Source of the DNA: an uncultured delta proteobacterium
GTDB taxonomy: Bacteria > Desulfobacterota > Binatia > JACPRU01
DNA length: 64,000 nt
Direction: 5' to 3'
NCBI GenBank assembly: GCA_963745025.1
Contig: CAVUWD010000017.1
Span: 1-64,000, forward strand
Of this stretch, positions 63,129 through 64,000 are shown in pieces. The first letter of the stretch is position 1. The number at the start of each line of letters is the position of its first letter. The notes under the pieces are model-generated. The model worked only from the letters and a program-made list of their open reading frames with translations. It did not search any database and had not been told where the DNA came from. The position numbers and the translations under genes were made by a program.

Positions 63129-63211
63129 CCGTAGAAACGGGGCGTCTCGTGTTTGGGCAGCGTCGGATATTGAGGCTTTACGTCAGTCGGCCGCTTATCC
63201 CAGCTATCCTC
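63129..63211 (+). repeat. Dispersed ~83-bp junction repeat, copy 8
   Basis: Consensus copy. Confidence 0.95.
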
Positions 63212-63219
63212 CGCGGCTT

Positions 63220-63365
63220 TTAGACGGTGCGTGACGCCGCCGTTTTGAGCTGCGCCTCGACTTCTTCGACGCCGCGTTGAGAACGTGGGAGATCATCAGT
63301 GATGTCATACCACGGAGTCTTCTCCCCTACCCAGACATGGGCCAAGGGCGTCGGCCCGGGTCTGA
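63220..63365 (-). pseudogene. GFA-family protein C-terminal fragment
   Basis: P.AHVWVGEKTPWYDITDDLP. Confidence 0.65.
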
Positions 63366-63613
63366 ATCGAGGAGACGCAGGCGGATGCGCACTCTCGCCG
63401 CCGCGGTGAGGGATAGGGGCGGGGCGGAGCGGAGCTGCCCTCGTGTTGGTTGATGGACCATCCGACGTACGCTCGGGTCCCCCTCGCTCGTGTGCAGAGC
63501 GTCGTCGACCTGATTGGCGGCGTCCGCGTCCGTTGACAGACCGCCCGTCAGGGGACGAGAAGCTCAGGCAGCGCCAACGGCGCGAACAACTCGTGGAAGC
63601 GCAGCCGGCAACC

Positions 63614-64000
63614 CGCTGTTCATCGTGCGGGCATAGTAATCGTCCCGACCGCCGCTTCTGCACGGAGTGCGGGCATCGGCTCGGCCGCGCGTGCGTCGCG
63701 TGCGGAACCTCGATTGAAGCGGAGGAGAAGTTCTGCGGCCACTGCGGTGCTCCGCTGGGTGAACAGGCGGCCGCGGTTCGGGCCCCTGCGGCCTATACTC
63801 CGAAGCACCTCGCCGAGAAGATCCTGACGTCGCGAAGCGCGCTGGAAGGCGAGCGCAAGCAGGTGACCGTTCTCTTCGCCGACCTCAAGGGCTCGATGGA
63901 TCTCTCGGAGTCGATCGATCCCGAGGACTGGCACCGGATCATGGAGCGCTTCTTCACGATCCTGACCGACGGAGTTCACCGCTTCGAGGGCACGGTCAAT
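63614..64000 (+). pseudogene. DZR-cyclase paralogue lacking a start codon, running off the window
   Basis: Four CxxC, YTPKHLAEKIL, FADLKGS and GVHRFEGTVN. Confidence 0.8.

Noticed and set aside
11269-63211. 83-bp repeat as a CRISPR array, MITE or attC site
   Set aside because: Too long and irregularly spaced, with no cas genes; no terminal IRs or target duplications; no RYYYAAC/GTTRRRY ends

Overview
High-GC bacterial sequence. The gene content (expanded zinc-ribbon/class III cyclase/STAND-ATPase/TPR genes, DUF1329, LLM oxidoreductases, PT-rich secreted proteins) is typical of Candidatus Binatia-like soil bacteria; this is an inference. It does not read as one coherent chromosome region. It is a mosaic of roughly 1-7 kb blocks joined at abrupt junctions, with many genes cut mid-domain, clustered frameshifts and short dispersed duplications. 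The most striking signal is an ~83-bp non-identical repeat (CCGTAGAAACGGGGCG...CCCAGCTATCCTC) present 8 times, always on the + strand, generally joining unrelated and often truncated genes. It could be an undescribed recombination/junction element or an assembly/library artefact. Other well-supported features: an unannotated PrdB/GrdB-family selenoprotein (in-frame UGA plus SECIS hairpin, unusual UxxD motif); a tRNA-Ser 3' att-like fragment beside an AlpA remnant; a complete IS1634 element; IS110, IS256, IS91 and IS5 remnants; a membrane-anchored sensor-Schlafen/AlbA_2 protein; a beta-clamp homologue linked to a minimal tyrosine recombinase; a BufA2-type bufferin precursor; and cyclase paralogues with different base-specificity residues. 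No rRNA, complete tRNA, CRISPR array, cas gene or reverse transcriptase was seen.
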